The position numbers and the translations under genes were made by a program. A stretch of 64,000 nt of DNA from Spizellomyces punctatus DAOM BR117 (Eukaryota): NCBI GenBank assembly GCA_000182565.2, contig KQ257455.1; one strand, 5' to 3'. The notes beneath the pieces are model-generated. The model made no database searches and was not told the origin of the DNA. It saw only the letters and a program-made list of their open reading frames with translations. Below, in pieces: positions 27,267 through 40,037 of the stretch (position 1 is the stretch's first letter; each line of letters starts with the position of its first letter).

Positions 27267-29424
27267 CCAACAAGAAAGATACAAGTAGTGTAGCTAGTTA
27301 GTTTTTGAATTGTTTGTAGTTATGGTAGTGAACCATGTTATGAACCAAGTGCTGCTATTGTTTTTAGCAAAAGTGTGTCACGTGGCTATCCTGGACTGTT
27401 ACACACAGTTAAAGATGATTGAACAACAACTAGAAGAAACTCATCATGGCTCACCTCACCTTGTTACTAAAAAGCATTTCGATACAAGACCTCCAACTCA
27501 ATATTGGCAATTGTTGCACCTAGATTGTATTAATGGGTACTGTAGCAACGATCCAAATAAGACTGTTTATTTGGGTGAACTGGCATCAACACGTTACATC
27601 ATGTCGTGAACCGCGTGAACCAGGACAGAAATCGCTGAAGCCATAAAGACTGAACATTTGCAATGGGAAAGGATGCAAAATGAGGTCCAAGGACGCAAAA
27701 ACAACGGTCTTGTTGGTTTGGTATTGTCGTTGAGGGATATCGGGCGCTTGTATATTAACGCGGTGAAGTTCCAGTTATTTGTTCATTAAACGACTTGTTA
27801 GCATTCAGAGAATCGCACAAATACATAAGCAATTTTGAGTGCAGGGTACTTACTCACGACCTCCTTTGCCTGTGCCAGTGTTGTTATCGGGAGAGAGCGC
27901 CAGTAGGAGATGAATCGAAGTGCTAAAGGGTGATGCGTCCCAGAATATCTTGGCGATTGCAGGAAAGCCTAACTGTACGTACCATTCCAGATTTGATACA
28001 GCACAAACAGGTAGAGCACTTCTGTAACCTACGCACGCCCAAATTTCTGCGTTGGAGGTCGGGTACGACAAACAGTGCCTTTGTAGCGGTATTGAGTAAA
28101 TATGGGTCAAATGGCCTGTTTCACTCCAAAGATCCGGTTCTGATGGAGGTCTGACAAGAACAATCCAACGACAGTGTCTATCCACTTTTCGGTGATTGTT
28201 GTTCTGCTTATAGGTATGTCGCACACGGTCCACCGCGGAGGTGACCGATAAACAAGATGCGGAATGAGCTCATCACACAAATGGAATGGCTCTTGGCGCA
28301 GTTCGAAGAATTCGTATCATCACTGTGCAGAGTCCTGGTTTAATACTGCTAATTCAGAGCAGTTGTACCTAATATGAACCTGCTAACGGAGTACTGCAGC
28401 TCCCATCTGATATCCCAAGGAATGTGACTGATGATCCATGACGAAGGGCTGGAGTAAAGCAGCCACAGGGAACATGGCGTTGGAAACTGAAGGCAGCAGT
28501 TGAAAGCAAGCATATTGACCTGCAGCAGCGGCGCTAGCAAACACCCACATGTGACTAAAACAATCGAAGATGATGAGTCGCAGAAGAAGGTGTCGGGTTG
28601 GTTTTTGATGATTCTGAGAAGAGAAGCACAGATCCCCTTTTGTTGATTTGCAATATTTCAGGGTCAGCATGATGAAGTGAAGCCTTGGTACAGCGAGCTG
28701 GTTGATGTAAATTCCATCCAAGATCGGCGGGCGATACATTTGGGTGCAGTCTGCTTTATCTTTCCGCCTTCTCGAGACCTCCAGCTCCTCACCGGCCATT
28801 GAGTGTGAAAGAGTGGCCAAATTAGGCCTTGGAACCCCCCCGTCCGGAGGTAGTCGTTTGCTGATCGACTTTGTCCCTTTCATTACCAACGCGTATCCTT
28901 TGGCACCCCTGCCTTTTACCACCACCCCGCTTCCAGTCTGTGGGTTACCTTTAACATTAGAGTTTTGCATCCGCAGCGAACTTTTGGCATTTGCTCCCAG
29001 CCGGTCTGAGCGCAGGCTTCGCGCGGCGCCTTTGTCTTTATGCAACTGGTGCAATCGCCTTGACACTCTGCCAAGGAAGGACAGTAGGGGAGTCTGCCTT
29101 GCGACCCCCGCAAACCCATTGCTGCCCAATTACGGAGACCATTAACTGGCAGCACTGAGAGAGGATAAAAACTGTCCGCCCCCGTCCTGCGCTTGGTAAA
29201 GTCCAGAGTCAGTTCCCACGTGGAGAGTTCCAGTAGCGCCCTGCCGCCCTCCCGTCGTTCATTTCCTCGATTCCGCTGTGAACAACCGTTGATATCCATA
29301 ATACACACAAGTAAGCAGCCAGTACAGAATATCTTTATTACTCTATAGCTCGGGCGCTCGCGCTGTGGCAATACATGCACTGCTGGTGTGGAGAGGATTT
29401 TAACTGCTGAAAATCACAGGCGCC

Positions 29425-31936
29425 ATGGAGTCACCATTATTGTCCCCAACATCATCCCCACCCGACTCACCTCTCGACTCACCCCTCAACTCACCCATGG
29501 AAGGCTTGGAATCTACGCACCTAGATAATATGGTTCCACAGCCAGCAGAATCGGCAGACGGCCCAACGCCATTGGGCCGTGCGCCAGATTCTTTTCCTTG
29601 CTTTTGGACGCTACTCTCCTACCAGTCGCTGCGCTTTCTATATTTACCCACGTCGCTGAAGGAGCGGGTATCTCAGACGGGAATGTCGGCCGACTCTTTG
29701 TTAGGACAAAGCCTATTCGATTTCCTTCATCCCGCTGATGCACACCTAATTCAAAGAGATTTCCGCTGCTTTATGGATTTGCGAACTTTACAGGGGAGCA
29801 TCATAAGGTTAGGCTCGTAAGCTTTGTGATATATCATCTGATCATAGTATATCAAGCCATATCTTTCTTCAATCAGATGCCGTATAAGACATCCGTTCGC
29901 CGATCGCGCCCGGCAGGTTGATTACGCTCTACGATTGCAGCCTTTTTCCCTTCAAGAAGCACTGGAATTTCCCAAACTTGAGCCCACTCTAAACTTCCTC
30001 CATAGAGAAGATGACTATATTCTTGCAGACATTGGTGTAAATGCAATTAATGAGGAATGCGTACTCGCTTTCTTCCATGTTGGACGAGGTACAATCTGCT
30101 GTCAATTGATTGCCAACTGCTTTTGTGATTGACTGATTGACCATACCACTATAGATCACGGAGGAGCCCGTTGCGCGGAATCCTGGAAAGGTGAAGCCCG
30201 GTGGTCAGCGAACGAGATTGCGGAATTGGGGTTGGGCCTGAAAGACATGTTGAAGAAGATTGAGGAATTGGATCGAACTGCTGAAAGTTCCCGAACATTA
30301 GATGCGGAATCTGATCCGGCTGCCTCCAAATCACGCTGCATCCAAGTGTTGGACTCGGAAGATCTAAGCCTCCTCTTCGCATATCCAAAAGGCAGGCTTT
30401 CGTCAATATTGAAGACGGATATAGAGAAGTTCGTTCGGGAGCCTGACTTGCCGAGTCAAACTATGCATCCAGACGATGCTCGAAGATTTCGCGGCATGCT
30501 AAAGAAAAAGCGGACAGCGAAACCGAGCATCAAGAAGGAGAATGTGGATTTTCAGCCAGCAGAAGTTGAGAAACTGCACTGCACAAGTAGCCTATTCTAT
30601 ATGCAGCATCGCATGCGCGTACTGGATCAGGAAACAGCCAAATCTGAACATGACACTTATATAGAAGTTGAAAGCGTCGTTGTTCCTTACGGGAGTGTTC
30701 TGTTTATTTGCACGCAAACTTTGGGGCCAATCATAAAATGTGAACCAGGACAAGACACTTTGGAGTTTCTCCTTGATTCGCCAGCGAAGACACAGGAGTG
30801 GGCAGACGAACACAAGCATAAGATAGAACTGCTGGATGGCGCCAAGGAAAAAGCGAAGCAGTCGTCACAGGGCCCTCTTCAATCCGCAGCAAAATCTGGC
30901 CACAATTTCCCCGGCTCTCTGTCGGGTCGCCAGAATGCAGCACCCGGGGAAGATGTATTCGTGCCTTTAGAACAGGTGACAAGAAGGTGGATTGAAGATG
31001 CAGAGGCTCGTCGGGTGCTGAATCCTGGACCATACGATTACTTGTCTGGCCGCCATGGCCGGGGTCCGCTTGAGGCAATAGGTCGAGGGAAAGGCTGGCC
31101 TCCGCATGATTCGTATGGATCAGGGGTAATGCCCCCCGGCTACTATGAGTATTGGTATGGCTTAACCTCTGGCAAATCCGGGCACCGTCCAACGTCTCCT
31201 ACTCAGCAAGGTTCCGCGACACCCGACGACCCAAATCGCAAGACTGATTCCCAGCCTTCTGGAAGCGATGTCTCATCAACTCTAGCACAAGCGTACGCGC
31301 AATGGGAAAAATTGGGATCTTCAGGAACCGGACCAGCACATGCGCACATCCCAAAAGCGTACTACCCTCCTTCTGAGTTCGGACGGATGCGGGCATATGG
31401 ATGGGATGTACCAGCTGGTCAGGTTCCTGAAGGACATCGTGCTCAGCTATTTTCACATGCCGGCATATTCCCAGAACGGGGAGAACGTAGATATTCGGAT
31501 GATCTTGGGGGACGACCGTATGCCGCCCCAAAGAAGGAAATTAAGGCTAGGGTTTGCGAGAGCTGTCTTACTACCGAAAGCCCCGAGTGGCGCCGAGGTC
31601 CAAGTGGGCAAAAGACGTACGTATATTGTTTAGGCATCCCATTTGACATTCTTCGTCTTACCTTTCATCTGGGCTTTCAGTCTGTGCAACGCCTGCGGCC
31701 TTCGCTACTCACGTAGCATCGCCAAACAGCGAACTGGTTCAGTCGGACGGGGCGGCGGCGGCGGTCGTGCACCTCTTGCTAGCCCGGCAGTGGGCGGTGC
31801 CCAACCAGATTATCGTGAGGGTTTTGAGCGTGCTGCAACGACCACACCAGGATGTCCAGCCCCTGGAACCCCCATATCAGCTGTTCGACCGCTGTCTGAG
31901 GAATGGACCTCGGTTGGAGGATACACAAAGCCATAG
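29425..31936 (+). CDS. PAS-domain GATA zinc-finger transcription factor (WC-2-like architecture), multi-exon
   Basis: PAS-like LLGQSLFDFLHPADA and MHPDDA. Spliced GATA finger [30 protein letters not shown] (C-x2-C-x18-C-x2-C). Confidence 0.8.
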
Positions 31937-32675
31937 TATCTGCGTAGAGTTGAGGTGAACGCGACAGAAGCACACGCAATTTCTTTCGTCATAAATTTGT
32001 GGCATCTTTATATTTGAAGGGAGTTTTATGACTCTCTCTTTTCTTTTTTAATTCCATGTATAGTCCTTTTTTTGTGTTTATGGATGGGGCAGGACATTCA
32101 GGTATCACACACTGGTTGTGGACTCTGTTGGAGGGTTTCCTGTACAAAATAGCATTTTTCCTTCTTTTTCCTTTATATCTGGCATCTGCGCAAAAGTGGT
32201 CAGCTTATAATTGTTGTTGGCCGTATGGAATTCGGTGGGAGACGAAGCACCAGCACTTGACCAGATCGCGTGTCCCACGGAAAGCGTCGCGCATCACGTC
32301 AGCAATCCTTGGTAACAAGAGCACGTGAAGGGTGGTTATTTGATGCATCCAGATTATAATGCATTCCAAGCATCATCTCATAGCGTAAGCAGTGACGTCC
32401 CCTCCCTCCGATAATCAATGGAAAAGTGGGGCCGAATCTGTCGAACGAGGCTGTGAATATTTCCGTCATGATTTTGAGGGTCGACTTTGTCAAGAGTGGC
32501 TAGTTGGGTTATCGTTCGTGTATATCGACAAGACTTATATAAAGGCGAACAGGTCCTGGTTTTATTTCCCTTGGGCTTTTAAGAATAGATTTGAATTTCC
32601 GCGTCTGGTTTTCTTTTTTTATTTTTTCTTGTGTCTGTCGCCTTGTTTATTGTTGCGCGCTTGGGAATAGCAGTC

Positions 32676-33439
32676 ATGCCACCAACCACAATGACGGCAG
32701 CATCGGCCTTTCTGAACCGTACGACATCCCGTCCGGGTTTTCAGCCCATTACTCGTGCCTGGAAGCGTTACCTGCAGCTACTCGAGGAGAAACCCCTCAT
32801 CACAAAATCCCTCTCGGCAGGTGCCATCGGCGTTGCAGGAGACATTATTGCACAACGCATCGATTCACCGTCCGAACACAAAAAATGGGATCCTAAAAGA
32901 ACACTCCGGTTAGGTGTTTATGGAATGCTTATCGGTGCGCCATTGACGCATGGATGGTACAAAATTTTGGATCGGAGGATCGGAGGGGGCATGGATATGG
33001 CCACAAGTTTGAAAAAGGTGGCCATGGATCAGCTGTTGGCCGCGGCACCGTTCACCGCCTTGTTTTTTGTGTGCAACTCGTACATGGAGGGATGCACCAG
33101 ACCACAGATACAGGAGAGACTGCAATCCAACTTGTGGCCAACACTCAAAGCCAACTGGGCAGTGTGGCCTGCTGCTCTTGCGATTAACTTTAGATTTGTG
33201 CCATTAAAATGTAGAGTTTTGGTCGTCAACATTTTGGGATTGGGTAAGTGGCTGCCAGAATCAATAGGCAAATGTCAAAGTCAATCTAAACTTTCTGTTT
33301 TGTAACAGGTTGGGGAACGTATCTTTCAATGGTGCAACACCGTGAACACGCTCATAAGAAAACTCACCTACCCGACCCATATCCACCAGACTCCTTACCT
33401 GTTCCGTTTTACCCTCCTGGAAATGTGAAGGAGCAATAG
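32676..33439 (+). CDS. SYM1: Mpv17/PMP22 family membrane protein (Sym1-like), 2 exons
   Basis: YLQLLEEKPLITKS, GDIIAQ, KVAMDQ, NWAVWPAALAINFRFVP. Confidence 0.85.
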
Positions 33440-33562
33440 ACGACAAGGGAATCATCTGTACATAGATTGTTTTTACTGAACATTTCGGGACATTTCTCCC
33501 TTACATGAAACTTCAATATACCAATATATCGTATTGGAGTTTTTCATTTCTGAATCTTCCTG

Positions 33563-35263
33563 TTATGTCGCGACATAGTGGAGGTCAACGTATCGTCTCT
33601 TCGAAATAAGGGTCCTTATCGAATTAGGCAGCACATCCAATTTGAAGAATCGCCCCTTTGCATTTGATACCTCGGTCAGAAACTCGTTGATCGCGTCCTT
33701 GTCAAAAGGGCCGGTGAGTAATCTGTATGCTTTCTTCTTTCCGTTGAAGGCCATTAGTCCCGGCAATGAGTCGCTCATTTGGACCGTGCGCATAAAGTTC
33801 TTTCCCTTATCAAGCGCGTTAAACCACAAGTAACGGAATCCTGGGTGGAGTTTGGCAATGTCTTCAAGTAGTGACAGGTTGTTAGTGTGCTCCTTGACGC
33901 TTTCCTCGTATTCTGGTTCGACGGCAAAGAAGGCGAGGACACAAAAGCCAGACTTTTCGACGCACTCTGCATCAAATGTTGACTGAGATGTTACCTCGAT
34001 CGGCTTCGGTACTGCCATCCATGTATTGTCAATTCACAAACGAAATAGTAGTGTCCTGTATGATAACAATCGTTTTACCTTCTGCTTCGCTTTTTGAAGA
34101 CTTTTCCCCTGCTTTCTTTTCAGATGGTGCGCCCTTCTTTGCTAGCGCATACTTGTCCAAGAACTTCACCAAACCAGCATGCTTCAAAGGCCCTTGAAAA
34201 ACAAAGTTGTGAGCACTCAAACAGTAGGAGTATAGCGCATTTACGTTGATTCACCTTCATAGAGGATAGGCTGACCGGAATCTTTGGGGATCAAAATGAC
34301 AGAGGGAATGTTCGTCACGTTCAATTTTTCGATGATGTCTTTTGCTGAAGATTTGACCTCTCCCAAGATGAGGCGGTTCTTATATTCGGTAGACAGAGCT
34401 TTGTATAGTGGTGGCGTTGATGGTTTTTGGGACACAAGAATCACTTTATCCAGTTCTCCGGCCTATTTGCGGATCCCATTTGAGTCACCAACTACCCACA
34501 CTGCGATGTTGGATGGAATAACGAACCTGCTGCGCTAGGAATGCGTCATATTCAATTCCTCGTTTTCCACTACCTCCAATCTGAAGGACGTTGTTTGGGA
34601 TCTTTGCAATAGCAGCATCAACGAGCGCCTTGGCGGTTCGCGGACCTTGGTAATCTACATAGCCGAAAACAATATGATGAGGAGACTCGCAGCGAGGCAC
34701 CTAAATTTCTTTCTTACCTTGTGGTAACCCTTTTACACCACCAGGGAATATCTTAATAGTGGGAAAGCCTTGGTCGAGCACATCAGTCATACGTCCGACC
34801 GCCGGCATAGAATAAGGTCAATGTTCGAACCTTGAACACCATATTGGCTACACAGAGGCTGATTCTGCTTATCGTCACAGTCGACTGCAACCACTTTGGC
34901 GAGTCCTTTGAGCTTCTCTGCTGCCTTTTTATACTCGGGCACCTTGCACACTGTGTGAGGTTTCCTCTTGAAGTGTTCTCGGAGGCGTCCCATAACTTGT
35001 ACTTACCAATCTTTGGCAGTGTCCACACCACGGAGCAAAAAACTCTGCTATCACCACATGCTGGAACAATTGAATTACCTTAGACCATGTGCATCGAGTG
35101 GGGACGAATCTGCTGATCTACGAATTCCAACCTCCGTGTCGAGCACCTCCTTTTTGAAGTTTTTCAGATTCAACTGAATAACAGCGTCCTTTGACGAGTA
35201 CAAGGCATTGGCGGCTGGAAGCACCACCCCCAGCAGCCAAACCAGCGCTCCAGTCACCTTCAT
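33563..35263 (-). CDS. Protein disulfide isomerase (PDIA6/Mpd1-like), multi-exon
   Basis: Signal peptide MKVTGALVWLL, FFAPWCGHCQ active site, VVAVDCDD, GFPTIKIF, DYQGPRTAK, plus further thioredoxin-like domains. Confidence 0.88.
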
Positions 35264-35613
35264 CTTGTGCAAATCCTCAAAGGTGGGAAGGTCCCAGAGC
35301 CTCCAACAGCACTGCCTTTCATCGGTGCCATCGTATTGCGGCACAGTCATGCGTTGTAATCTAACCTGTTTGAGGATGTGGAGCGCGCGGCGATAGGGCG
35401 TCGCCGTTGACCACCCCTTTTGTTTTTCCCTTGGCGAGATATGTTCTTTTTCCTAAAACTCACATTTACACTGGGTTTTGCCATCATGAACAGTAACTAA
35501 GGACGACAACGACGAGCGACTTTCCGTTTCTTCTTTCTACAGAACGCTTCGCTTCTCTGCTCCGTCGGATAACTGTTAAGGCTGGCGTGCCTTGGTCATT
35601 GTGAAAGGCCGGC

Positions 35614-36171
35614 ATGTCAGATAATCATCCTCCTTCGGACGGCCCTTCCGGCCAAGGCTGGGGTCCGGGTACAGAAACGAGTCAGCACATTATTGTGATA
35701 CTGGGGATTACCGTTCCCGCGGTATTTTTCACACTTCTTCTATGCTTTTTCTTCACGAGATATGCCGTCCGCAAAAGACGGGCGCATGCAATGAGCTTCA
35801 TACAGTCTATGAGCGATCGTATGGATGAACGTCTGGGCGGGACGATGGTACAAGCGGATCGATCTGCGCTGAGGCCTGGAGGATTTACAGTCGCTGGTAC
35901 GATTGGATATAATGGACGAAGGCGGCAGAATTCAGTGACGGGCCCGCCCATGCTGGAGAATGATTGGGATCTAGAGTCTCAAGAAGCTGGAGTCCATGCG
36001 CAGAGCGATGAGACAGAGGAGGAAGGGGAAGAGAGCGACGTCGAGCACGAGAATTTACCGAAATACGAACCTGACCGCCGGTCCAGTCATCCATTGGCGC
36101 CTCTTGACGTCCCTGCAGCACCGTCTCCAGCGCGGCGAGTCAGCAGCCCACCGCCGGCATATCATCCATAG
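35614..36171 (+). CDS. Single-pass membrane protein with PY motifs (candidate Rsp5/Nedd4 adaptor)
   Basis: TM segment IIVILGITVPAVFFTLLLCFFF, then RKRR, then a cytosolic tail with LPKY and PPPAY. Confidence 0.65.
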   Translation: MSDNHPPSDGPSGQGWGPGTETSQHIIVILGITVPAVFFTLLLCFFFTRYAVRKRRAHAMSFIQSMSDRMDERLGGTMVQADRSALRPGGFTVAGTIGYNGRRRQNSVTGPPMLENDWDLESQEAGVHAQSDETEEEGEESDVEHENLPKYEPDRRSSHPLAPLDVPAAPSPARRVSSPPPAYHP

Positions 36172-36509
36172 GGCGGCTGCTCTGAGAGCGATATATATAT
36201 AATATTCTTTTGTACAAATAATGTTTTTGCTGTTATCCTGCGGCTTAGATAGTGCCCGAATTTTTGATACAGGTGGTTTGATATTTGATATTTGACGATG
36301 CTGCAGTATTGGGGATGGATATGTTGCAAATACGATTTTTTTTTCTCTTTTCACTGTCAGTTCTAGTTTGTATGTAGATTGTAGATGCCATGAAAGCTTG
36401 CTCTACGGTCACATGATCCATGGACTGGGATGGTGGGCCGCGGTCATAGTCGAGGTGCTCTCTGCCAACGGCGTCCGGACGACCCGGTACGGCCGTTTTC
36501 GCTGCTAAA

Positions 36510-38592
36510 ATGACAATGAATCACCTTCCCCAGACGCCATACTCTCGTTCGAACTCGTTCTCCATTCAACCCCCGTCCCCAATAATACCTGTGACCTCCT
36601 CAACGTCCCCAACAACGCCATTTTCCGAAATTTCCGAATCCCGGTTCATTCGCGATCTCCGTTCAATAACGACAGATTTTTCTAGCCCAGAGTCAGAAAG
36701 GATATCACGATTGCTGAATATATTAGATGCCAGAGCTGCCTGGATAACGGCTTCGGAAGCTTACCATAATCAGCGGGATGCGGCAGTACTGACTGCGGTC
36801 AATAGTCCGCTCACAAATGGACCTTGTATTGGCATGAGCATGGGCGGGCGGAGGACGTTGAAAATGCCAGGAAAGAGAATATGTTTATCAGTAAGTTAAT
36901 CGAGTTTTACTTTCTGTACTGGAAAAGTGGAGTTTCGTACGTGTAACCGTTGCTATTTCGTAGAACCTACCGGATGATATTCTTCTCACGATCAGTCGAA
37001 ACCTGGATGCCCCTTCCCTTTGCTCCTTTGAAGCATGTTCTCGAAAGATCCACGCCCTCATTAAGCACTACTCCCAATCGCTATGGCGACACCTTACAGC
37101 ACAATCTTGGGGCATACCAATGTCTCCATCCGACGCACGCCTATGCGGCTACTTTCTACCGGACAATCCTGACTGGAAAACAATATATGAAGAGAGACAT
37201 AATTTGTATACAGGACAGTACAGATTTCGTATGGTTGCCGATTTGACAGAATTAGACTCGCGCCCTAGGCGGCAGAAGCTTGTGGAAGAGAAGAAAGATA
37301 TCTATGCTCGGAAGAATAGGAGATATATATTGCATTGCGGTCAACCGACCACAGCTGGAAGGTGAGCATGGTTAAACTGTCATTATCCAAATAATGCAAG
37401 CTAACCGTAATTATGCGTTCAATCTCCGACTTTGCGGCCCCTACTCCAGTGGTTATGCGGTCAATCTCCGACTTTGCGGCCCCTACATGTGTTGGATCTC
37501 GGGTCATAATCTGGCTGTCTGCAAAGTCGACGGGCATACCCCAACCTTTCTCGAGGGACATAACCTTCCGCTTGTCACGTTAACAACCAACCAGCGCAAT
37601 CTTGTTGTCACCGGAGCAGAAGATAACACTATGCGCGTTTGGGATCTAGCAACCTTTGATTGCATCCATGTCATTGGCGGTGTGGATGTACTTGACTGCG
37701 CAATACATGAAAACATTCTCGTTAGCTACAATAATGATAATATTATTGACGTGTGGGATGTAAAGGCCAAGATTCGACTGACGAGGATCGATGTGAGGAA
37801 GTTTGAACATGTAGATCCGACTGTCCTTACCCGGGAGGTGAAGATTGCCGTGTGGGGAGACACTGTTGTGTGCGGATTTGAGGTATAAAATGGCGGGTCA
37901 GGAGATGTGGTAGTGGAGGAAGGCTCTAACACTAAGATTTCAGAACACCGTATTCTTAGTTATATCGCGAATCGACGGTACCCTGCGACACACATTGTCC
38001 GAACCCACACAACATCATCGGGAAGAATATGATTCCACACACTATCCGACCGTATTGGCAATGTATGACAATATCCTAGTTTCGCGAGGCGTGCGGTGTC
38101 ATGAGGTAGGCATAGTGCTAGCCAGTCCAGTATTTGCATGCCACTAAACTAGCAGCTGTTTGTTTCCTAGATATGTGTGTGGGACCTTCATGCAGGGGTA
38201 CTGCTATACCGTCTATCGGAGTCTCTGAGCTTCCAATCTACGGTTGGCTATCCAATACGGCCTAACGAAGTGATTACAGATTTCACACTTGATGCCCGGG
38301 GATCTTTTTTGATGTGTACAGTAGAGAATGAAGGAGGGGATGTGTATTTACTCGCATGGGATTTCAGGAAAGCGCCGGGGACTCAGGAAGACACTGCAAA
38401 CATGCCTGAAACAGTGACACGACGCATGAGGCGGAAGGAAAAGGAGAGAAGATTTGAAAAGAGAAGCTTGGAAAGCGTGGCTGGTGATATTCAGTTCGAG
38501 GTAAGACAACTGCACAAGGGTCGCGCAGTACGTTAGTTTGACCTCTAGCATCATTGTAGTACACGAATTTCTGGTTGTGCTATGAAATATGA
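36510..38592 (+). CDS. F-box/WD40-repeat protein, multi-exon
   Basis: F-box-like LPDDILLTISRNLDAPSLCSFEACSR...WRHL. WD repeats LEGHNLP...VTGAEDNTMRVWD and IDVWD. Confidence 0.75.
37411..37486 (+). repeat. 34-bp direct repeat spanning an intron/exon junction
   Basis: ttatgcg(t/g)tcaatctccgactttgcggcccctac at 37411-37444 and 37453-37486, one mismatch. Confidence 0.9.
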
Positions 38593-38808
38593 TGCTGTTT
38601 GCATCTGTATATTCCTGTTAGACAGGGCTAAATAACTTGACAGTATATACAGCGACATGCCTTTTCCAACCGTTCTACATCCCCATTGTTATTCAATCCC
38701 CTGCCTACCACAATGGATGGGGCCGCTTGGCTAGGCAATCCAGTCGAACCCACCCTCAAGTACCTAATGTATCATAGCCATGTACAGGAAGGTCGTCATC
38801 GTTCTCTT

Positions 38809-39833
38809 CTACGCTTTGTTGGTAACGTTCCTCAACACACTATCCCTGAGGATGGATATCACGTCCTTGGGTGATGGGGCACCAAAAATGGCGGTACCAG
38901 CAACAATAACGTTCGCACCAGCGGAAGTGGCCTTGTCGATGGTATCAGGGCCCAGTCCACCATCGACTTCTATGTCCAGTTCTGGATATTTGCTACGGAG
39001 AATCCTGACCTTCTCCACGCAGTCTTCCATAAACTTTTGACCTCCAAAGCCAGGCTCTGACCATCCATTACATTAGGGCCCCGCACAAGTTGCTGCTAGA
39101 TGATAATTTGTAGCGACGAAACGTACCGACAGTCATAATTAACACTTGGTCCAGCTTTTCTACTAGAGGGAATACTACATCCACTTTCGTTTTTGGCTTC
39201 ACAGCTAGACCGGCCTTCATTCCCGCTGCGTGGATCTTATCGATCAAACCAGAAGCGTCATCTACGGGCAGACCATGGTAAAGAATCAGACTGTTTAATC
39301 TACAACAGTTCTGACCCATACTGACCGGTTGCCTCAATGTGGAAACAATAGAGTGAGGCGCCAGCTTTCGCAAAGTCATGGACCCACTTGGAAAGGCAGA
39401 GTGAGCAGAGCCAAACTGAATTCATAGTCTCTTACGGAGATACAACCTTTTCTGGGTTTGATACCATCAGATGACAGTCTGTCGTCAGAAAGTTTACGGT
39501 CATTTAGCAACGTTTTGTCTGCAGTTCCACATGGAGTAGCTGTCTTTTGCCGACATTACCTAGGAAAGCATCCGTGTGCTTCCGAAGACTCTTGATAATT
39601 GGGGGTCCCATAGTCAAGTTTGGTACAAAATGACTATATTTTGCAAGCTGTTAGTAGAGCAGACGCATACCAGATAAGGCAACCAGGCTGCTCTTAATGC
39701 CACTCCCTCACCCGTCCATGACGTCCATATGCAAATAGTCCGCACCATAGTCAATCATGCGCTTCGCTTCGGCGGCTAATTGCGCAAAGTCGCTGGACAG
39801 CATTGAGGGGGCGATTTTCGGTTGCGGTGCCAT
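38809..39833 (-). CDS. RPE1: Ribulose-phosphate 3-epimerase, multi-exon
   Basis: [59 protein letters not shown]. Confidence 0.96.
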
Positions 39834-40037
39834 GGTTCAAACGACAATGAAATCAATAAACAGGTTTGCCAGTGGAAATGAGAAATGCCCAAATTGCATG
39901 ATGAGAGAATTGCCTGCTGTGAGATGAGGTTGGAAGCCATGGTAACAAGAATGGCACAGCACGACAAAACGCGGTCAGCAATCTTCCCCACGCCTGCTGG
40001 TAGCTGTTTCCCACTTGCAATTTGCCTTTTGTACAAA

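Noticed and set aside
28911-28920. GCCTTTTACC, matching U5 snRNA loop 1
   Set aside because: No flanking stem or Sm-site context.
28383-29129. 248-aa minus-strand ORF and overlapping ORFs upstream of the GATA gene
   Set aside because: Non-ATG start, no recognisable motifs, and similar-length ORFs in several frames. Cannot be supported as a gene.
39885-40037. In-frame upstream ATGs that could extend THS1 for mitochondrial targeting
   Set aside because: They lie in the ~200-bp divergent promoter only ~50 nt from the RPE1 start, and the peptide is not presequence-like.
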